Of a stretch of DNA of 64,000 nucleotides, positions 38,561 through 51,020 are shown piece by piece. Numbering within the stretch: position 1 is the stretch's first letter; each line of letters opens with the position of its first letter. A model generated the notes under the pieces. It was not told the origin of the DNA. It made no database searches and saw nothing but the letters and a program-made list of their open reading frames with translations. Where the stretch lies: positions 128,403-192,402 of the forward strand of contig DAONQC010000002.1 in the NCBI GenBank assembly GCA_035409945.1, in the 5' to 3' direction. Both the position numbers and the translations under genes were made by a program. The DNA is from Clostridia bacterium. Lineage in GTDB: Bacteria > Bacillota > Clostridia > Christensenellales > DTU072.

Positions 38561-40888
38561 ATCCAGTTCGTCTAAATCCTCTTGGCTTTCGGATTTTTTT
38601 GCACTAAATAACTTGATTTGCTCTCTAATCAAATCTTCTTGAGACTTACCAGTACTTGATTCTGAGTCAGCTTCTAAAAGTAGCTTTTTCAAAAAGGTCT
38701 CCCTTCTAGCTACTCTATTATTATTTACCATACGGCGGAGTGCATCTATTGAACCTACAATTACTACCATCCCTTTAGCTCTAGTTATTGCAGTGTATAA
38801 CAAATTTCTAGTCATGAGTAGATGGCTACCTGAGATAGATAGTATTACATTTTCAAACTCACAACCTTGGCTTTTATGCACAGTAATTGCATATGCCAGC
38901 ATAAGGTTATTATTCACTTCCCAAGGGTTATACTCTACAATTTTCCCATCTTCAAATGTAACTTCAACAACGCCATGTTTAATGCTTGTAATAAAGCCAA
39001 GTTCACCATTATATACCCCTTCTTCTGATTCAGTAATGATAGATAAGGGATGCAATGGATCTCTCTTTTCCCAAGGCAGGTTATAATTATTAACCGTTTG
39101 CATAACTTTATCACCTAAAGCATACTTTGTCTTGTTTGTTTCAAAGCTTCCTCTATTTATGTTGCCTCCGTTAATTGCCGTTTGTAACTTTATATTTAAG
39201 GCATCCACACCAACGAGACCTTTCTTAGATGGGGACAGCACCTGGATGTCTCTTGAATCAACACCATAATATGTGGGTAATCTATTCATTATTAAACTCA
39301 CAACGGTATCTAAATTATCTTGCTCATCTCTAGCTTCAATGAAGTAAAAGTCTTTTGAGTTATTATCAAGAATAGGCATTTCACCTCTATTAATTCTATG
39401 AGCATTTTGCACAATTAAACTGCCTTGCTCTTGGCGGTAAATTTCTGTCAAATATGTAACTGGTAATATGCCGCTACCTATCAAGTCTCCAAGGACATTC
39501 CCTACGGCTACACTAGGAAGCTGATCTTTATCACCAACCAAAATTATATTTGCACCGCTTTTCATTGCTTTAAGCAGTGCGTTAAAAATGTATATATCAG
39601 CCATACTGATTTCGTCTAAAATGACGGTATCAAATTTTAAAGGATTTTGTTCATTAAATTCATATACCATCCCAGCTGAGGTCATTTTTACACCTAATAA
39701 CCTATGTATAGTTTTAGAAGAGTATCCCGTAGCTTCTTCTAGCCTCTTACTAGCTCTACCAGTTGGCGCAGCAAGACCTACACTGAAACCTAGCCTTTCT
39801 CTTATGTGAATAATACATTTAATAATAGTTGTCTTACCTGTTCCAGGTCCACCTGTAATGACTGTAAACCCTTCAGAGATGGCAGTAGCTATTGCTTTTT
39901 TCTGTGTTTCGTGAAAAAGTAATTTATTTTCAATTTCGTACTCGGCTATCATATGTGATATATCAGTATTAACTTTCTTTACATTTTTAAGTAGCTTAAT
40001 TGTTCTATATGCAATTGACCTTTCGGTAAGGAAGTGCATTCGTAAAGCAATTCTATCTCCTTTAATCTCAGGAAAATCAGGAGATTCTGGAATATAAATG
40101 AGCTCCTTTTTGTCTATTAAATCTCTTAAAGTTGTCTTTATTAAATCTTTATCAACGTTTTCAAGCAGCTTAAATGTCTTATCAATCGCTACATCAGGAG
40201 ATATGCAAGTATGACCATCTAGTTGTAAAAAATCATTTATAGCATAATTAATTGCTGCTTCTATTCTAAATGGACTTTGGGAATCTATACCTAGTTCTTC
40301 TGCTATCTTATCAGCCGTTTTAAATCCAATTCCCTCTATATCTTTTACAAGCGAATATGGATTAGATTCGATTACTTCTCTAGTTTTGTCACCATACCTT
40401 TCACATACCTTAGTTGCTTTATTAATTGTTAATCCGTGGCTTTGTAAGAAAAAAAGGTTTTCTCTAACTTGCTTTTGTGCTCTATACGAGTTCTGGATAG
40501 TATTAGCTTTTTTCTCACCTATTCCCCTTATGTTATTTAAGGCACCAGGCTCGTCTAACTTGGTTAAAGTTTCATCTCCAAGTGCATCGACTATTTTATT
40601 TGCAGTCACTTCTCCTATACCCTGAAACAGTCCGCTAGATAAAAAACTAATGATAGCTTCCCTATTCCCTGGCGCAATAAACTCGCAAGCTGTAAAAGCA
40701 AATTGCTCCCCATATTTGGTAGTATGTTCAAATTCTCCGGTTAATTCGACAACCTCGCCCTCTACGACTTGAGGAACATTTCCCCTAGCAAAGAAGTAGC
40801 CATCCGTATCGTTGTATAACGCAAGTACGGTATAGCCAGTATCTAGGTTTTGAAATATAACTTGTTCTATAGTTCCTCTAATAGTCAT
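38516..40888 (-). CDS. recD2: RecD2-type SF1B ATP-dependent DNA helicase
   Basis: 790 aa. HhH-rich N-terminus, Walker A GGPGTGKTT, ILVGDKDQLPSV and AYAITVHKSQGCEF. Acidic tail DDDDEDD. Confidence 0.88.
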   Translation of the reverse strand: MTIRGTIEQVIFQNLDTGYTVLALYNDTDGYFFARGNVPQVVEGEVVELTGEFEHTTKYGEQFAFTACEFIAPGNREAIISFLSSGLFQGIGEVTANKIVDALGDETLTKLDEPGALNNIRGIGEKKANTIQNSYRAQKQVRENLFFLQSHGLTINKATKVCERYGDKTREVIESNPYSLVKDIEGIGFKTADKIAEELGIDSQSPFRIEAAINYAINDFLQLDGHTCISPDVAIDKTFKLLENVDKDLIKTTLRDLIDKKELIYIPESPDFPEIKGDRIALRMHFLTERSIAYRTIKLLKNVKKVNTDISHMIAEYEIENKLLFHETQKKAIATAISEGFTVITGGPGTGKTTIIKCIIHIRERLGFSVGLAAPTGRASKRLEEATGYSSKTIHRLLGVKMTSAGMVYEFNEQNPLKFDTVILDEISMADIYIFNALLKAMKSGANIILVGDKDQLPSVAVGNVLGDLIGSGILPVTYLTEIYRQEQGSLIVQNAHRINRGEMPILDNNSKDFYFIEARDEQDNLDTVVSLIMNRLPTYYGVDSRDIQVLSPSKKGLVGVDALNIKLQTAINGGNINRGSFETNKTKYALGDKVMQTVNNYNLPWEKRDPLHPLSIITESEEGVYNGELGFITSIKHGVVEVTFEDGKIVEYNPWEVNNNLMLAYAITVHKSQGCEFENVILSISGSHLLMTRNLLYTAITRAKGMVVIVGSIDALRRMVNNNRVARRETFLKKLLLEADSESSTGKSQEDLIREQIKLFSAKKSESQEDLDELDNDFFNTFDDDDEDD

Positions 40889-41110
40889 CCTGCTTTCCTT
40901 TTATCTCTCTAACACTACTAATTGTTGCGTATAAAGCAAGTAGCGCACTGTTTTCCTTTTTATCCATTTAAACTACTAAATATTTTCGAAGCAACCAGTG
41001 TGCTTTCCTTTCTTGTTGACCTTAAAGCCTAATTATTGTTTCGAAGTAGCTATCGTGGTCCACAATAATGTTACTGTTTAAACTACTAATTATGTTTGTG
41101 CTTTGTATAG
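40889..41110. repeat. Four degenerate 55-66-bp tandem units starting at the recD2 5' leader
   Basis: Units start at 40889, 40948, 41003 and 41069 (CTG(C/T)TTTCCTTTT...AACTACTAA.T.TT...). Unit 1 abuts ATG 40888 and carries its SD complement. Confidence 0.65.
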
Positions 41111-41120
41111 TTTAACACAT

Positions 41121-41153
41121 AAAACGCATAATTCCACCAAAGTAGGTGGAATT
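41121..41153 (-). terminator. Candidate terminator after metK
   Basis: Minus strand AATTCCACC-TACTTT-GGTGGAATT followed by ATGCGTTTTATG (9-bp stem with an interrupted T tract). Confidence 0.5.
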
Positions 41154-41183
41154 AAGAATATTTATGTAAATGATTTCAAACTT

Positions 41184-42359
41184 TTATATCGATAAAAACT
41201 TTTTAATTTGAGACACTTTGTCGCATGCTTCCCAAGGAAGATCGGGTTTTCCAAAATGACCGTAGCAAGATGTCTTTCCATATATTGGTCTTGATAGTCC
41301 AAGTTTATCTATCATAGCTTTTGGTCTTAAATCAAATATATGGTTAATAGCTTCAACTATTTTTTCATCGCTTACAGCCCCAGTCCCAAAGGTATCTACG
41401 TTGATAGACACAGGAGTAGCTTTACCAATTGCATATGAAACTTGAATCTCGATTTTTTTAGAGACACCCGAAGCTACTAAATTCTTAGCTACATATCTAA
41501 GATAATACGTTGCACTTCTATCCACCTTTGTTGGGTCCTTCCCTGAAAACGATCCACCTCCATGTGCTGCATATCCACCATACGTATCTACAATTATCTT
41601 GCGGCCTGTTAGTCCACTATCACCTGCAGGACCACCTATTACAAAACGGCCGGTTGGGTTTATATAATATTTGGTATTACTGTCTAGCATATTGCTATCT
41701 ACTGTTTTAAGAATAACTTCATTGATTATGTCTTTTCTTAGTGTATCTAAATCCACATCTCCATCATGTTGGCTAGAAACAACAATTGCTTCTATTCTTT
41801 TTACCTTATTATTATCATCATACTCAACCGTAACCTGGGTTTTGCCATCTGGTCTCAAATACGGTATTATGCCATCTTTTCTTACAGCGGTTAACTTTTT
41901 GGATAGTTTGTGAGCAAGTTCTATTGCGTAAGGCATATAATTTTCAGTTTCATCACTTGCATAACCAAACATCATACCTTGATCGCCTGCCCCTATTTTG
42001 TCATACTCATCCTCTGTTTCCTTATGCTCAATACTATCATCTACGCCCATAGCTATATCAGCAGACTGTTTAGAGATTAATATCTTGATTTCACAATCAT
42101 TTGCACAAAATCCCAAGTGTGAGTCACGATATCCTATGTTACATATTACCTCTCTAGCAATTTTTTCAATATCCACATCTGCTTTAGATGTTATTTCGCC
42201 CATTATAAGTAAATAGTTATCTTTTACAGCGGCTTCACAAGCCACTCTACTTTCAGGATCTAGTGCTAAATAGGCATCTAAAATATTATCTACGATTTGA
42301 TCACAAACCTTATCTGGATGGCCTTCTGTAACACTTTCTGATGTAAAAAACTTTTTCAT
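41184..42359 (-). CDS. metK: S-adenosylmethionine synthase
   Basis: [17 protein letters not shown]...[12 protein letters not shown]...GGGSFSGKD. The track start (TTG 42401) adds 14 residues. ATG 42359 ([10 protein letters not shown]) matches the family N-terminus. Confidence 0.93.
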   Translation of the reverse strand: MKKFFTSESVTEGHPDKVCDQIVDNILDAYLALDPESRVACEAAVKDNYLLIMGEITSKADVDIEKIAREVICNIGYRDSHLGFCANDCEIKILISKQSADIAMGVDDSIEHKETEDEYDKIGAGDQGMMFGYASDETENYMPYAIELAHKLSKKLTAVRKDGIIPYLRPDGKTQVTVEYDDNNKVKRIEAIVVSSQHDGDVDLDTLRKDIINEVILKTVDSNMLDSNTKYYINPTGRFVIGGPAGDSGLTGRKIIVDTYGGYAAHGGGSFSGKDPTKVDRSATYYLRYVAKNLVASGVSKKIEIQVSYAIGKATPVSINVDTFGTGAVSDEKIVEAINHIFDLRPKAMIDKLGLSRPIYGKTSCYGHFGKPDLPWEACDKVSQIKKFLSI

Positions 42360-42482
42360 TTCTCTATTATCCTCTACATAGACTATACTTGTCTTTTTCA
42401 AATGTAATACCTACATTTTGCTAATTAATAACATTTCTAAATGCTATGAACTAACGAGATTTCTCTCATTAGTTCTTTCACA

Positions 42483-42665
42483 TTATTTAGTTTTTACATT
42501 TTAAAACTATTGTCTTTTATACCATCTTTAGTAGAATTGCTAGTAGCTTTCCTAGAATTAATTCATTTTACCAACATCTTCTAGTTTTTATAGGTATATT
42601 GTTTAGTTTTACATAATTTAAAACTATTCTTCCACACTATCTTCAATAGTGTCATCTACAGTTGA
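42483..42665. repeat. ~116-bp tandem duplication spanning the rpoC stop codon
   Basis: TTATTTAGTTTTTACATTTTAAAACTATTGTC...ACCATCTTTAGTAGAATTGCTAGTAG (42483-) versus TTGTTTAGTTTTACATAATTTAAAACTATTCTTCC...ACTATCTTCAATAGTGTCATCTACAG (42599-, containing stop 42624 and about 40 coding nt). Confidence 0.75.
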
Positions 42666-45600
42666 TATGCTTAGAATTTCTTCTGCTTTTCTAGCTTCTT
42701 CTGCTTTTTTACCAGCATCTTCTATCTTTTCATAGGTAACTGAACGATATCTCTTCATTCCTGTTCCAGCAGGGATTAACTTACCAACGATAACGTTTTC
42801 TTTTAATCCGGTGAAGTTATCGACTGTACCTTTAATTGCTGCATCTGCAAGTACCTTTGCTGTTTCTTGGAAGGATGCTGCTGATAAAAATCCTTCTGTT
42901 GCGAGAGATGCTTTACTAATACCCATTAGAGCTCTTCTACCACGTGCAGGTTGTTTACCTTCTTCGATTACCTTCTCGTTAATCTCATCAAATCTATTTA
43001 TGGATATCTTTTGTCCGAGCAATAAGTCGGTATCATTAGGCTCTATGACTGTTATTTTGTTAAGCATTTGCCTTATAATTATCTCAATATGCTTATCTTG
43101 AATGTGGGCATGGTTAGCTCTGTATGTTGCTTGCACTTCTGAAATCAAGTAGTCTTCTAATGCCCTTAATCCTTTGTATTGTAAAATATCTGAAGGATCT
43201 AGAGGACCTTGCATTAATGAGTCACCTTTTTCTACAACATCACCAGTTTTGACAGTAAGTATTGCTGAATGAGGTATTTTGGTTTCCCATTTTGCATTCT
43301 TTTCATCTCTTGCATCAGGATTGGTAATTTCTATAATCTGCATTCCTCTATTACTCTTGTCATCTACTGAAACAGTTCCGTCTATAGCGGCAACAGTTGC
43401 ACATCCTTTTGGTTTACGAGCTTCAAATAGCTCGGTAACTCTGGGAAGTCCAGTGGTTATGTCGGCGCTTGCTGCGATACCACCAGAGTGGAAGGTTCTC
43501 ATTGTTAACTGCGTTCCAGGTTCACCGATGGATTGTGCTGCTATAATTCCAACAGCTTCACCAATCTTAACTGGATTCCAGCTAGACATATTAGCACCAT
43601 AACATTTAGAGCAAATACCATGTTTGGATTTACAAGATAAAACCGATCTGATTTTTACTTCTTTGACGCCAGCTTCGTAAACTGCTTGAGCTTGATCTTC
43701 AGAAATTAGTGTATCACCTTTAACAATAACTTCGCCTGTCTCAGGATGTATAATATCTGTTACTGAATATCTACCAGCAATTCTTTCAACTAGAGTTTCA
43801 ATAATTTTTCCAGCTTCATCTCTTAATTCTTGAACTACAAATCCCTTGGAGTCTCCACAATCTTGTTCTTGTATGATTACATCGTGAGATACATCAACAA
43901 GTCTTCTTGTCAAATAACCCGAGTCAGCAGTCTTAATAGCTGTGTCTGCTCCACCTTTACGAGCTCCGTGAGAAGCTATAAAGTACTCTAGAACAGATAG
44001 TCCTTCCCTAAATGAACTCTTAACTGGGATTTCGATCGTCTTACCTGTTGGGTCAACCATCAATCCACGCATACCGGAAAGCTGTTTTACCTGTCCCATG
44101 TTACCACGCGCTCCTGAGTCAACGATCATCCAAATGTTATTTAATCTATCATGTAATTGGAAGTTCTTCTTAAGTTCTGCTTCAACATCTTCGGTAGCTT
44201 TTTTCCAAATTTCAACAACTTCCTTATATCTACCAGCTTCGCTCATCATACCTCTCTTAAATTGCTTTTCTATATTGGCAACTGCTTCATCAGCTTTTTC
44301 CAATATTTCAGCTTTTTGAGAAGGTATCTGCATATCAAACACGTTAGCAGTTATTGCACCTAAAGTGGAATATTTAAATCCAAGTGCCTTTATATCATCT
44401 AGCATTATTGAAACTTCGGTTGCACCTTTTAATTTGAAACATCTCTTAACTATGTCTGAAAGTACACTCTTATTGACTACGCAATTAATACTTAAGTCAA
44501 CCATAGTTTCTGGCGTTCTCTCTGCAAAAATAGTGCCCGCATCTGTTTTGGAATAGATACCAATGTCTTGTGGAAGAGCTTCGTTAAATATAAGCCTTCC
44601 GACTGTTGTGTCGATAATCTTCTTATATACCATTCCATCAACTTTAACGGTACGTCTAACTTTAATTTGCGCTTGTAACCCTATATCTTTTATTTGATAG
44701 GCCATCTTAGCTTCATCAGGAGAAGAAAATACTCTTCCCTCGCCTTTTATCCCTTCTCTAGCAATAGTTAAATAATATGAACCAAGAACCATATCTTGTG
44801 TAGGACTGACAACAGGTTGGCCGTCTGATAGTTTCAAAATGTTGTTTGTAGATAACATTAAAAACCTAGCTTCTATTTGTGCTTCAATTGATAGAGGTAC
44901 ATGGACTGCCATTTGGTCTCCGTCAAAGTCGGCGTTAAATGCGGTACATACTAGTGGATGAAGTTTTATTGCACTTCCTTCAACAAGCACTGGTTCAAAA
45001 GCTTGTATCCCTAACCTATGTAGTGTAGGAGCACGGTTTAGAAGAGCTGGATGGTCTTTTATGACGTCATCTAGTATATCCCATACTTCTGTTCTATCTC
45101 TTTCAACTGCGCGTCTAGCTTGTTTAATATTTTGGGCAAAGCCTTTTTCCATTAATTTTCTCATAACGAAAGGCTTGAATAATTCAAGTGCCATTTCTTT
45201 TGGAAGACCACATTGATATAACTTTAGCTCTGGTCCTACAACAATAACTGAACGACCAGAATAGTCAACCCTCTTTCCAAGTAGGTTCATTCTAAACCTA
45301 CCTTGTTTTCCTCTAAGCATGTCAGTTAAAGACTTTAATGGTCTTCCGCCAGGCCCAGTAACAGCTTTGCCGTGCCTGCCGTTGTCAACAAGGCTATCTA
45401 CAGCATTTTGTAATAGTCTTTTTTCGTTTTGAATAATTAAGTCTGGTGTTCCACTTTCCTTTAGCTTCTTTAAGCGGTTGTTACGTATTATAACTTTCCT
45501 ATATAAATCGTTTAAGTCACTATTTGCATAACGACCACCATCTAGTGGAACCATAGGACGTAGTTCTGGAGGCAGTACTGGAATTACATCAAGTATTAAC

Positions 45601-46280
45601 CACTCAGGCTTATTTCCTGACTTTCTAAAAGCTTCTACAAGCTCTAATCTCTTTGCAAGCTTTAGTCTTTTACTTCCTCTAGCTGTTGAAAGTTCTTCTT
45701 TCAATATTTCGGCTTCAGCCTCTATATCAATTTCACGGAGCAAAATTTTCATGGATTCTGCACCCATTCCAGCTTTGAATGAGTTTGAACCATATTTTTT
45801 AACGACCTCATCAAATTCTCTGGTTGTTAAAACTTGCTTTTTCTGCAGTCCTGTTTCCTCGTCTGCTTCGAGTACCACATATGCACCATAATAAATGACG
45901 CTTTCCACCTGTTTAGCTGGCATATCTAAAAGCATACTCATTCTGCCCGGGATACCTCTAAAGTACCAAATATGAGCAACGGGTGATGCAAGCTCTATGT
46001 GGCCCATCCTCTCCCTTCTTACTTTTGATTTAGTAACTTCAACACCGCACTTATCACAAATGATGCCCTTAAATTTTTGTTTCTTATATTTTCCGCAGAA
46101 ACATTCATAATCTTTTTCTGGCCCAAATATTTTTTCACAGAACAATCCATCTCTTTCAGCTCTTTGAGATCTATAGTTGATGGTTTCTGGCTTGGTTACC
46201 TCACCATAGGACCATTCTCTAATTTTTTCTGGCGATGCAAGTGAAATTCTTATTGAATCAAAATTGTTAATATCCGCCAT
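42624..46280 (-). CDS. rpoC: DNA-directed RNA polymerase subunit beta'
   Basis: 1218 aa. Zn-binding CxCGKY...CDKCGVEV and the catalytic [12 protein letters not shown] motif. Confidence 0.98.
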   Translation of the reverse strand: MADINNFDSIRISLASPEKIREWSYGEVTKPETINYRSQRAERDGLFCEKIFGPEKDYECFCGKYKKQKFKGIICDKCGVEVTKSKVRRERMGHIELASPVAHIWYFRGIPGRMSMLLDMPAKQVESVIYYGAYVVLEADEETGLQKKQVLTTREFDEVVKKYGSNSFKAGMGAESMKILLREIDIEAEAEILKEELSTARGSKRLKLAKRLELVEAFRKSGNKPEWLILDVIPVLPPELRPMVPLDGGRYANSDLNDLYRKVIIRNNRLKKLKESGTPDLIIQNEKRLLQNAVDSLVDNGRHGKAVTGPGGRPLKSLTDMLRGKQGRFRMNLLGKRVDYSGRSVIVVGPELKLYQCGLPKEMALELFKPFVMRKLMEKGFAQNIKQARRAVERDRTEVWDILDDVIKDHPALLNRAPTLHRLGIQAFEPVLVEGSAIKLHPLVCTAFNADFDGDQMAVHVPLSIEAQIEARFLMLSTNNILKLSDGQPVVSPTQDMVLGSYYLTIAREGIKGEGRVFSSPDEAKMAYQIKDIGLQAQIKVRRTVKVDGMVYKKIIDTTVGRLIFNEALPQDIGIYSKTDAGTIFAERTPETMVDLSINCVVNKSVLSDIVKRCFKLKGATEVSIMLDDIKALGFKYSTLGAITANVFDMQIPSQKAEILEKADEAVANIEKQFKRGMMSEAGRYKEVVEIWKKATEDVEAELKKNFQLHDRLNNIWMIVDSGARGNMGQVKQLSGMRGLMVDPTGKTIEIPVKSSFREGLSVLEYFIASHGARKGGADTAIKTADSGYLTRRLVDVSHDVIIQEQDCGDSKGFVVQELRDEAGKIIETLVERIAGRYSVTDIIHPETGEVIVKGDTLISEDQAQAVYEAGVKEVKIRSVLSCKSKHGICSKCYGANMSSWNPVKIGEAVGIIAAQSIGEPGTQLTMRTFHSGGIAASADITTGLPRVTELFEARKPKGCATVAAIDGTVSVDDKSNRGMQIIEITNPDARDEKNAKWETKIPHSAILTVKTGDVVEKGDSLMQGPLDPSDILQYKGLRALEDYLISEVQATYRANHAHIQDKHIEIIIRQMLNKITVIEPNDTDLLLGQKISINRFDEINEKVIEEGKQPARGRRALMGISKASLATEGFLSAASFQETAKVLADAAIKGTVDNFTGLKENVIVGKLIPAGTGMKRYRSVTYEKIEDAGKKAEEARKAEEILSISTVDDTIEDSVEE

Positions 46281-49200
46281 TTATTTGTCCTCCTTGTCAT
46301 CATCTTTGTCGTCCTGTTTTTCTTCAGGCTTATCCTCATCCTCTTTTTCATCAGGTATTTCTTTGTCACCAAATAAATTATCTAACTCTAAATTCATATC
46401 ACTTAGTGGTGCAAAATGATCTTCACCAAAAAGCATACTCTCATCTATTGGTGCGGAAAGATCTACTGAATCGAGATCATCTTCTAGTAAAGCATCAATA
46501 CTGATTTCTGGCGCTTTTTCAAATTCTTCAAAAGATACGCTAGACTCAAACAATTTTGAAAAATCATCTTCCTCTTCCTTAGTATCCTCTACTTTGACTG
46601 CAATGTCCTTAAAGATGTTTGCAAAGCTCAACTCTAAGTCGTCTTTTGAATCTAATTCATGGTCTTCTAAAGCTGTAGTTCTATGTGATAATAACTGACC
46701 ATCGAAATCGTCAAGTGTAATACTGCGTTTAGCTTCTTCTTGACCTTCTGTAAGCAGTTGAACATCTATACATAGACTTTGTAACTCTTTCTTCAAGACT
46801 TTGAAACTTTCTGGCACGCCAGGGTCTGCAGTAACGTTAGACTCTAAAATGCTGTTATACATTTTTTGTCTACCATTAACGTCATCCGACTTAACAGTTA
46901 AAATCTCTTGTAAGATTTGTGCTGCGCCATATGCTTCTAGTGCCCACACTTCCATCTCACCAAATCTTTGGCCACCAAACTGAGCTTTACCGCCTAACGG
47001 TTGTTGTGTAATTAGTGAGTATGGTCCAATTGAACGTGCGTGAATCTTGTCATCTACTAAGTGGATGAGTTTTAGCATATACATATAACCGACAGTTACT
47101 CTATTATCAAAAGGCTCACCAGTTCTTCCGTCATATACTAAGAACTTACCATCAGCTACAGTCTCTCCAGTCACTGGATGCTTATATGAGAAACCTGTTT
47201 CCATTAACATTTCTCTAATATCTTCTTCTGTCGCACCATCAAATACTGGCGTTGCAATGTTAATACCTAGCGCTTTACAAGCATTACTTAAATGAACTTC
47301 CAAAACCTGTCCTATATTCATACGGCTAGGAACACCAAGTGGGTTTAACACGATTTGTAGTGAAGTTCCATCTTCTAAGAAAGGCATGTCTTCTTTAGGT
47401 AAGACTCTGGAAATAACACCTTTGTTACCGTGTCTTCCTGCCATCTTATCTCCCACGCCAATCTTTCTCTTTTGTGCAATATATACTCTAACAAGCTTAT
47501 TTACATTCGCTAGTAATTCATCTTTATTTTCCCTAGTGAAAACCTTAACATCAACAACTGTTCCACCCTCGCCGTTTGGCACCTTCAAAGATACATCTCT
47601 GACATCCCTAGCATGTTCGCCAAATATTGAGCGGAGAAGTTTTTCTTCTGGGGTTGGATCTGTTTGTCCTTTTGGAGCAACTTTACCAACCAGATAGTCA
47701 CCAGCACGCACTTCTGCGCCAACCATTACAATACCGTCTTCATCCAAATATTTTAGAAAATCTTCGCTTACATTCGGTATATCACGAGTAATTTCTTCAT
47801 TACCTATTTTGGTTGTACGGCTATCAATTTCATATTCTTCAATGTGAATAGAAGTAAATACATCATCTTTCACTAACTCTTCACTTATCAAGATAGCATC
47901 TTCATAGTTATATCCTTCCCAAGGCATAAAACCAATTAAAACGTTTCTACCAAGAGCGAGCTCACCATTCTCAACACTTGGACCATCTGCAATGATTTCG
48001 CCAGCCTTAACAGCTTGTCCTTTCTTAACTATTGGCTTTTGGTTAATACAAGTTCCCTGATTACTTCTTCTAAATTTGAGTAAGTCATATCTTTGTAACC
48101 CGCTTTTGCCTTCAACTTCGATATAGTCAGCTGTAACCTTCTTGCATACACCGTCTTCTTTGGCAATGACACAAACACCGCTGTCTACTGCGACTTTATG
48201 TTCCATACCCGTTCCAACTATTGGAGCTTGTGGTCTAAGTAGTGGCACTGCTTGACGTTGCATGTTTGAACCCATGAGCGCACGTTGAGCGTCATCGTTT
48301 TCCAAGAATGGGATTAAAGATGTTGCTATGGATACCAATTGCTGAGGTGAAACGTCCATTAGATCAACTTCAGCTTTTGGATACTCTTTAATTAAATTTC
48401 TATAACGGCAAAGAACTCTTGCGTTTACAAATTTTTGTTCATCATCCAGAGGTTCATTAGCTTGAGCAATCTTGTATCTGTCTTCTAGGTCTGCTGCCAT
48501 ATATACAACTTCACTAGTAACTTCACCAGTTTTCTTATTGACAACACGGTATGGAGTTTCTATGAACCCATATTCATTAATTTTTGCATATGACGAAAGA
48601 GATGTGATAAGACCAATATTTTGTCCTTCTGGAGTTTCTATTGGACACATTCTTCCATAGTGGGAGTGGTGAACGTCACGCACTTCAAAACCTGCTCTTT
48701 CTCTGTTTAATCCGCCAGGACCTAGTGCTGATAATTTTCTCTTGTGAGTTAATTCTGCAATTGGGTTAGGTTGATCCATAAACTGAGAAAGTTGGGAACT
48801 ACCAAAGAACTCTTTTACTCTGCTGGTGATTGGCTTTGCGTTAACTAAGCTTACTGGAGTCACATCTTCTGGTTTTTGAGAAAGCATTCTCTCCCTTACT
48901 ATTCTTTCCATTCTGCCCATTCCTTCACGGAAGGTATTTTGTAAAAGTTCTCCAACAGCTCTTACCCTTCTACTAGATAAGTGGTCAATATTATCTCCCT
49001 CTTTAAAGCCAAATCTCATATTTATGTTGGCATTAATAGATGCAATTATGTCATCTAGAGTAATATGTCTCACAACTAAATCTTCTGCTCTTGCTTGTAA
49101 TGCTATTTTTAAATGCTCTTCTGTTTCAATATCATCTCTATCTAAAATTTCTTTTAGTACTGGATAATAGACATTTTCTTTAATACCAATTTCTGCAGGA

Positions 49201-50471
49201 TCAAAGTTAACAAAAGCCTTTAATTGCACAGTGTTGTTTCCTATTATTACGGTCATGCCTTGTGGGACAATTAAAGATTCAGCATTTTCTTTGAGATCTT
49301 TAATTAATTCTTTGTCGTCTTTGTCTTCTTCATGTTTTCTAACTATTGCGTCTACAAATGGACGGAAAACTTTACCTTCAGATAGACCTACTTTCTTGGC
49401 ATCTATCTTTTGACCTACATAAGGAATGTCGGCAAAGAGCATAACTTCAGGGACATCAATATCTTTATAATCTTCTGCAAGCTCTACCCAAACAGCGTTA
49501 ACACCGGCATTTTGGATTTCCCAGCCTTTTTCAAGAGTGATTTCCTCGCCAGCTTTTGCAATAATTTCACCATCTAATACTACATCTTTTGCAAGAGTTC
49601 TACCCTCAGTCCTATTTGCAAGGGATAGATGTTTGTTGTACATATATCTTCCAACTCTCGTTAAATCATAACGCTTTCTTTCAAAAAGCAGTGTGGGAAG
49701 ATGAGCATCTACGTTGTTTTGCAACAAGTTTTCACCAGGTTTTAGCCTCATGAAAGTCTCTTTTTTTGCATCCTCTACCGTGAGAGATGTATCTTTAGCA
49801 AGCGTATTAATAATTAAAATGTCATTTCCAAATAGTTTAGCAATGTCCATAGTATCTTCAAAGCCTAAGGCTCTAAGGAAAGTGGTTGTGCTAATCTTTT
49901 TCTTCCTATCTACTCTAACTGAAGACGTGTTGGTAGTTTCTTGTAAAAATTCCAGCCATGCACCTCTTACTGGTATCATTTGTGTCTTAAATCTTAGGAT
50001 ACCATTTTTATCAGGAATACCTGCTTCAGAATAAACACCAGGGCTTCTAACCAATTGGCTAACAACAACTCTTTCTGCGCCATTGATTATGAAAGTTCCG
50101 CTTTCAGTCATTTTGGGATATTCGCCTAAAAATATCTCTTGTTCGGCAATATGCCCTGTTTCTTTGTGTGTTAAACGTACATTAACTCTTATTGACAAGT
50201 TATAAGTAACATCGCGCTCTTTACACTCTTTGATGTCATATTTGCACTTGTCTTCGATTCTAAAATCCAAAAACTCGAGTTCGTACTTATTGTTTGTACC
50301 CACCATCGGCGAAAAATCATCTAGGATTTCTCTAATGCCATTGCTGATAAAGTTTTCGTAAGACTTCTTTTGAATTTCGATTAAATAAGGAATGTCGATG
50401 GTTTGTTTTATCTTTCCAAAACTTTGCCTTTCAACATTCCCGAGTTTGATTGTGTGAGTTCTTTGAGACAT
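46281..50471 (-). CDS. rpoB: DNA-directed RNA polymerase subunit beta (expanded: internal insertion plus ~190-aa acidic C-terminal tail)
   Basis: 1396 aa. Conserved blocks include [16 protein letters not shown], the rif region [34 protein letters not shown] and [13 protein letters not shown]. The stop TAA 46281-83 directly abuts the rpoC ATG (46280). Confidence 0.98.
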   Translation of the reverse strand: MSQRTHTIKLGNVERQSFGKIKQTIDIPYLIEIQKKSYENFISNGIREILDDFSPMVGTNNKYELEFLDFRIEDKCKYDIKECKERDVTYNLSIRVNVRLTHKETGHIAEQEIFLGEYPKMTESGTFIINGAERVVVSQLVRSPGVYSEAGIPDKNGILRFKTQMIPVRGAWLEFLQETTNTSSVRVDRKKKISTTTFLRALGFEDTMDIAKLFGNDILIINTLAKDTSLTVEDAKKETFMRLKPGENLLQNNVDAHLPTLLFERKRYDLTRVGRYMYNKHLSLANRTEGRTLAKDVVLDGEIIAKAGEEITLEKGWEIQNAGVNAVWVELAEDYKDIDVPEVMLFADIPYVGQKIDAKKVGLSEGKVFRPFVDAIVRKHEEDKDDKELIKDLKENAESLIVPQGMTVIIGNNTVQLKAFVNFDPAEIGIKENVYYPVLKEILDRDDIETEEHLKIALQARAEDLVVRHITLDDIIASINANINMRFGFKEGDNIDHLSSRRVRAVGELLQNTFREGMGRMERIVRERMLSQKPEDVTPVSLVNAKPITSRVKEFFGSSQLSQFMDQPNPIAELTHKRKLSALGPGGLNRERAGFEVRDVHHSHYGRMCPIETPEGQNIGLITSLSSYAKINEYGFIETPYRVVNKKTGEVTSEVVYMAADLEDRYKIAQANEPLDDEQKFVNARVLCRYRNLIKEYPKAEVDLMDVSPQQLVSIATSLIPFLENDDAQRALMGSNMQRQAVPLLRPQAPIVGTGMEHKVAVDSGVCVIAKEDGVCKKVTADYIEVEGKSGLQRYDLLKFRRSNQGTCINQKPIVKKGQAVKAGEIIADGPSVENGELALGRNVLIGFMPWEGYNYEDAILISEELVKDDVFTSIHIEEYEIDSRTTKIGNEEITRDIPNVSEDFLKYLDEDGIVMVGAEVRAGDYLVGKVAPKGQTDPTPEEKLLRSIFGEHARDVRDVSLKVPNGEGGTVVDVKVFTRENKDELLANVNKLVRVYIAQKRKIGVGDKMAGRHGNKGVISRVLPKEDMPFLEDGTSLQIVLNPLGVPSRMNIGQVLEVHLSNACKALGINIATPVFDGATEEDIREMLMETGFSYKHPVTGETVADGKFLVYDGRTGEPFDNRVTVGYMYMLKLIHLVDDKIHARSIGPYSLITQQPLGGKAQFGGQRFGEMEVWALEAYGAAQILQEILTVKSDDVNGRQKMYNSILESNVTADPGVPESFKVLKKELQSLCIDVQLLTEGQEEAKRSITLDDFDGQLLSHRTTALEDHELDSKDDLELSFANIFKDIAVKVEDTKEEEDDFSKLFESSVSFEEFEKAPEISIDALLEDDLDSVDLSAPIDESMLFGEDHFAPLSDMNLELDNLFGDKEIPDEKEDEDKPEEKQDDKDDDKEDK

Positions 50472-50653
50472 TCGTTACGCTCCTTAAAAAATTTTTTTGC
50501 ATAATAAATTGCGATTTTAGTGGTACATCATAACTCCCTAAATAGGGTTAAACACTATGATTTAATACTTTTGGCTCCTAATGTGTAAAAAAACACAATA
50601 AAATACATAATAACTCCAAATCCGCTAATTTTCCGCATATTACACAAGATACC

Positions 50654-50682
50654 ATTTTATACGCTTAAATCAAGTATGTCAA
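50654..50682 (-). promoter_or_regulatory. Candidate rpoBC promoter
   Basis: Minus strand TTGACA-N17-TAAAAT, giving a ~175-nt leader before ATG 50471. Confidence 0.6.
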
Positions 50683-50701
50683 CTAAAAAACATACTTTTT
50701 T

Positions 50702-50727
50702 AAAAAACGCGCACATACACATGCGCG
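50702..50727 (-). terminator. Rho-independent terminator downstream of ispDF
   Basis: Minus strand CGCGCA-TGTGTATG-TGCGCG followed by TTTTTT. Confidence 0.6.
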
Positions 50728-50907
50728 CTAATGCTAAGTAGCGCGAAAACCTGGATTATTATTTTTTAAACTAAAGTCAAATATGTTAGACTCATTATTT
50801 GTATTATATATGAAGCCTTCACCACTTTCAAGACCTTATTTTACGGCATATTTATAAAATACAAAAAGCCTATCACCAAATAACAAATAAAAAGGTTATT
50901 GTAAGTA

Positions 50908-51020
50908 GCAGTTTCTAAGTCGTTAATTAGCAATGACCATTGCAACTTTAGTGCACCCATACAAAATTTGGTGCTGTTTCTAAGTCGTTAATTAGCAATA
51001 ACCATAGCGTATGCTGCAAT
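50908..51020. repeat. 65-bp tandem duplication spanning the ispDF stop codon
   Basis: GCAGTTTCTAAGTCGTTAATTAGCAATGACCATTGC (50908-) versus GCTGTTTCTAAGTCGTTAATTAGCAATAACCATAGC (50973-, containing stop 50988). About 33/35 identical at the core. Confidence 0.9.
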
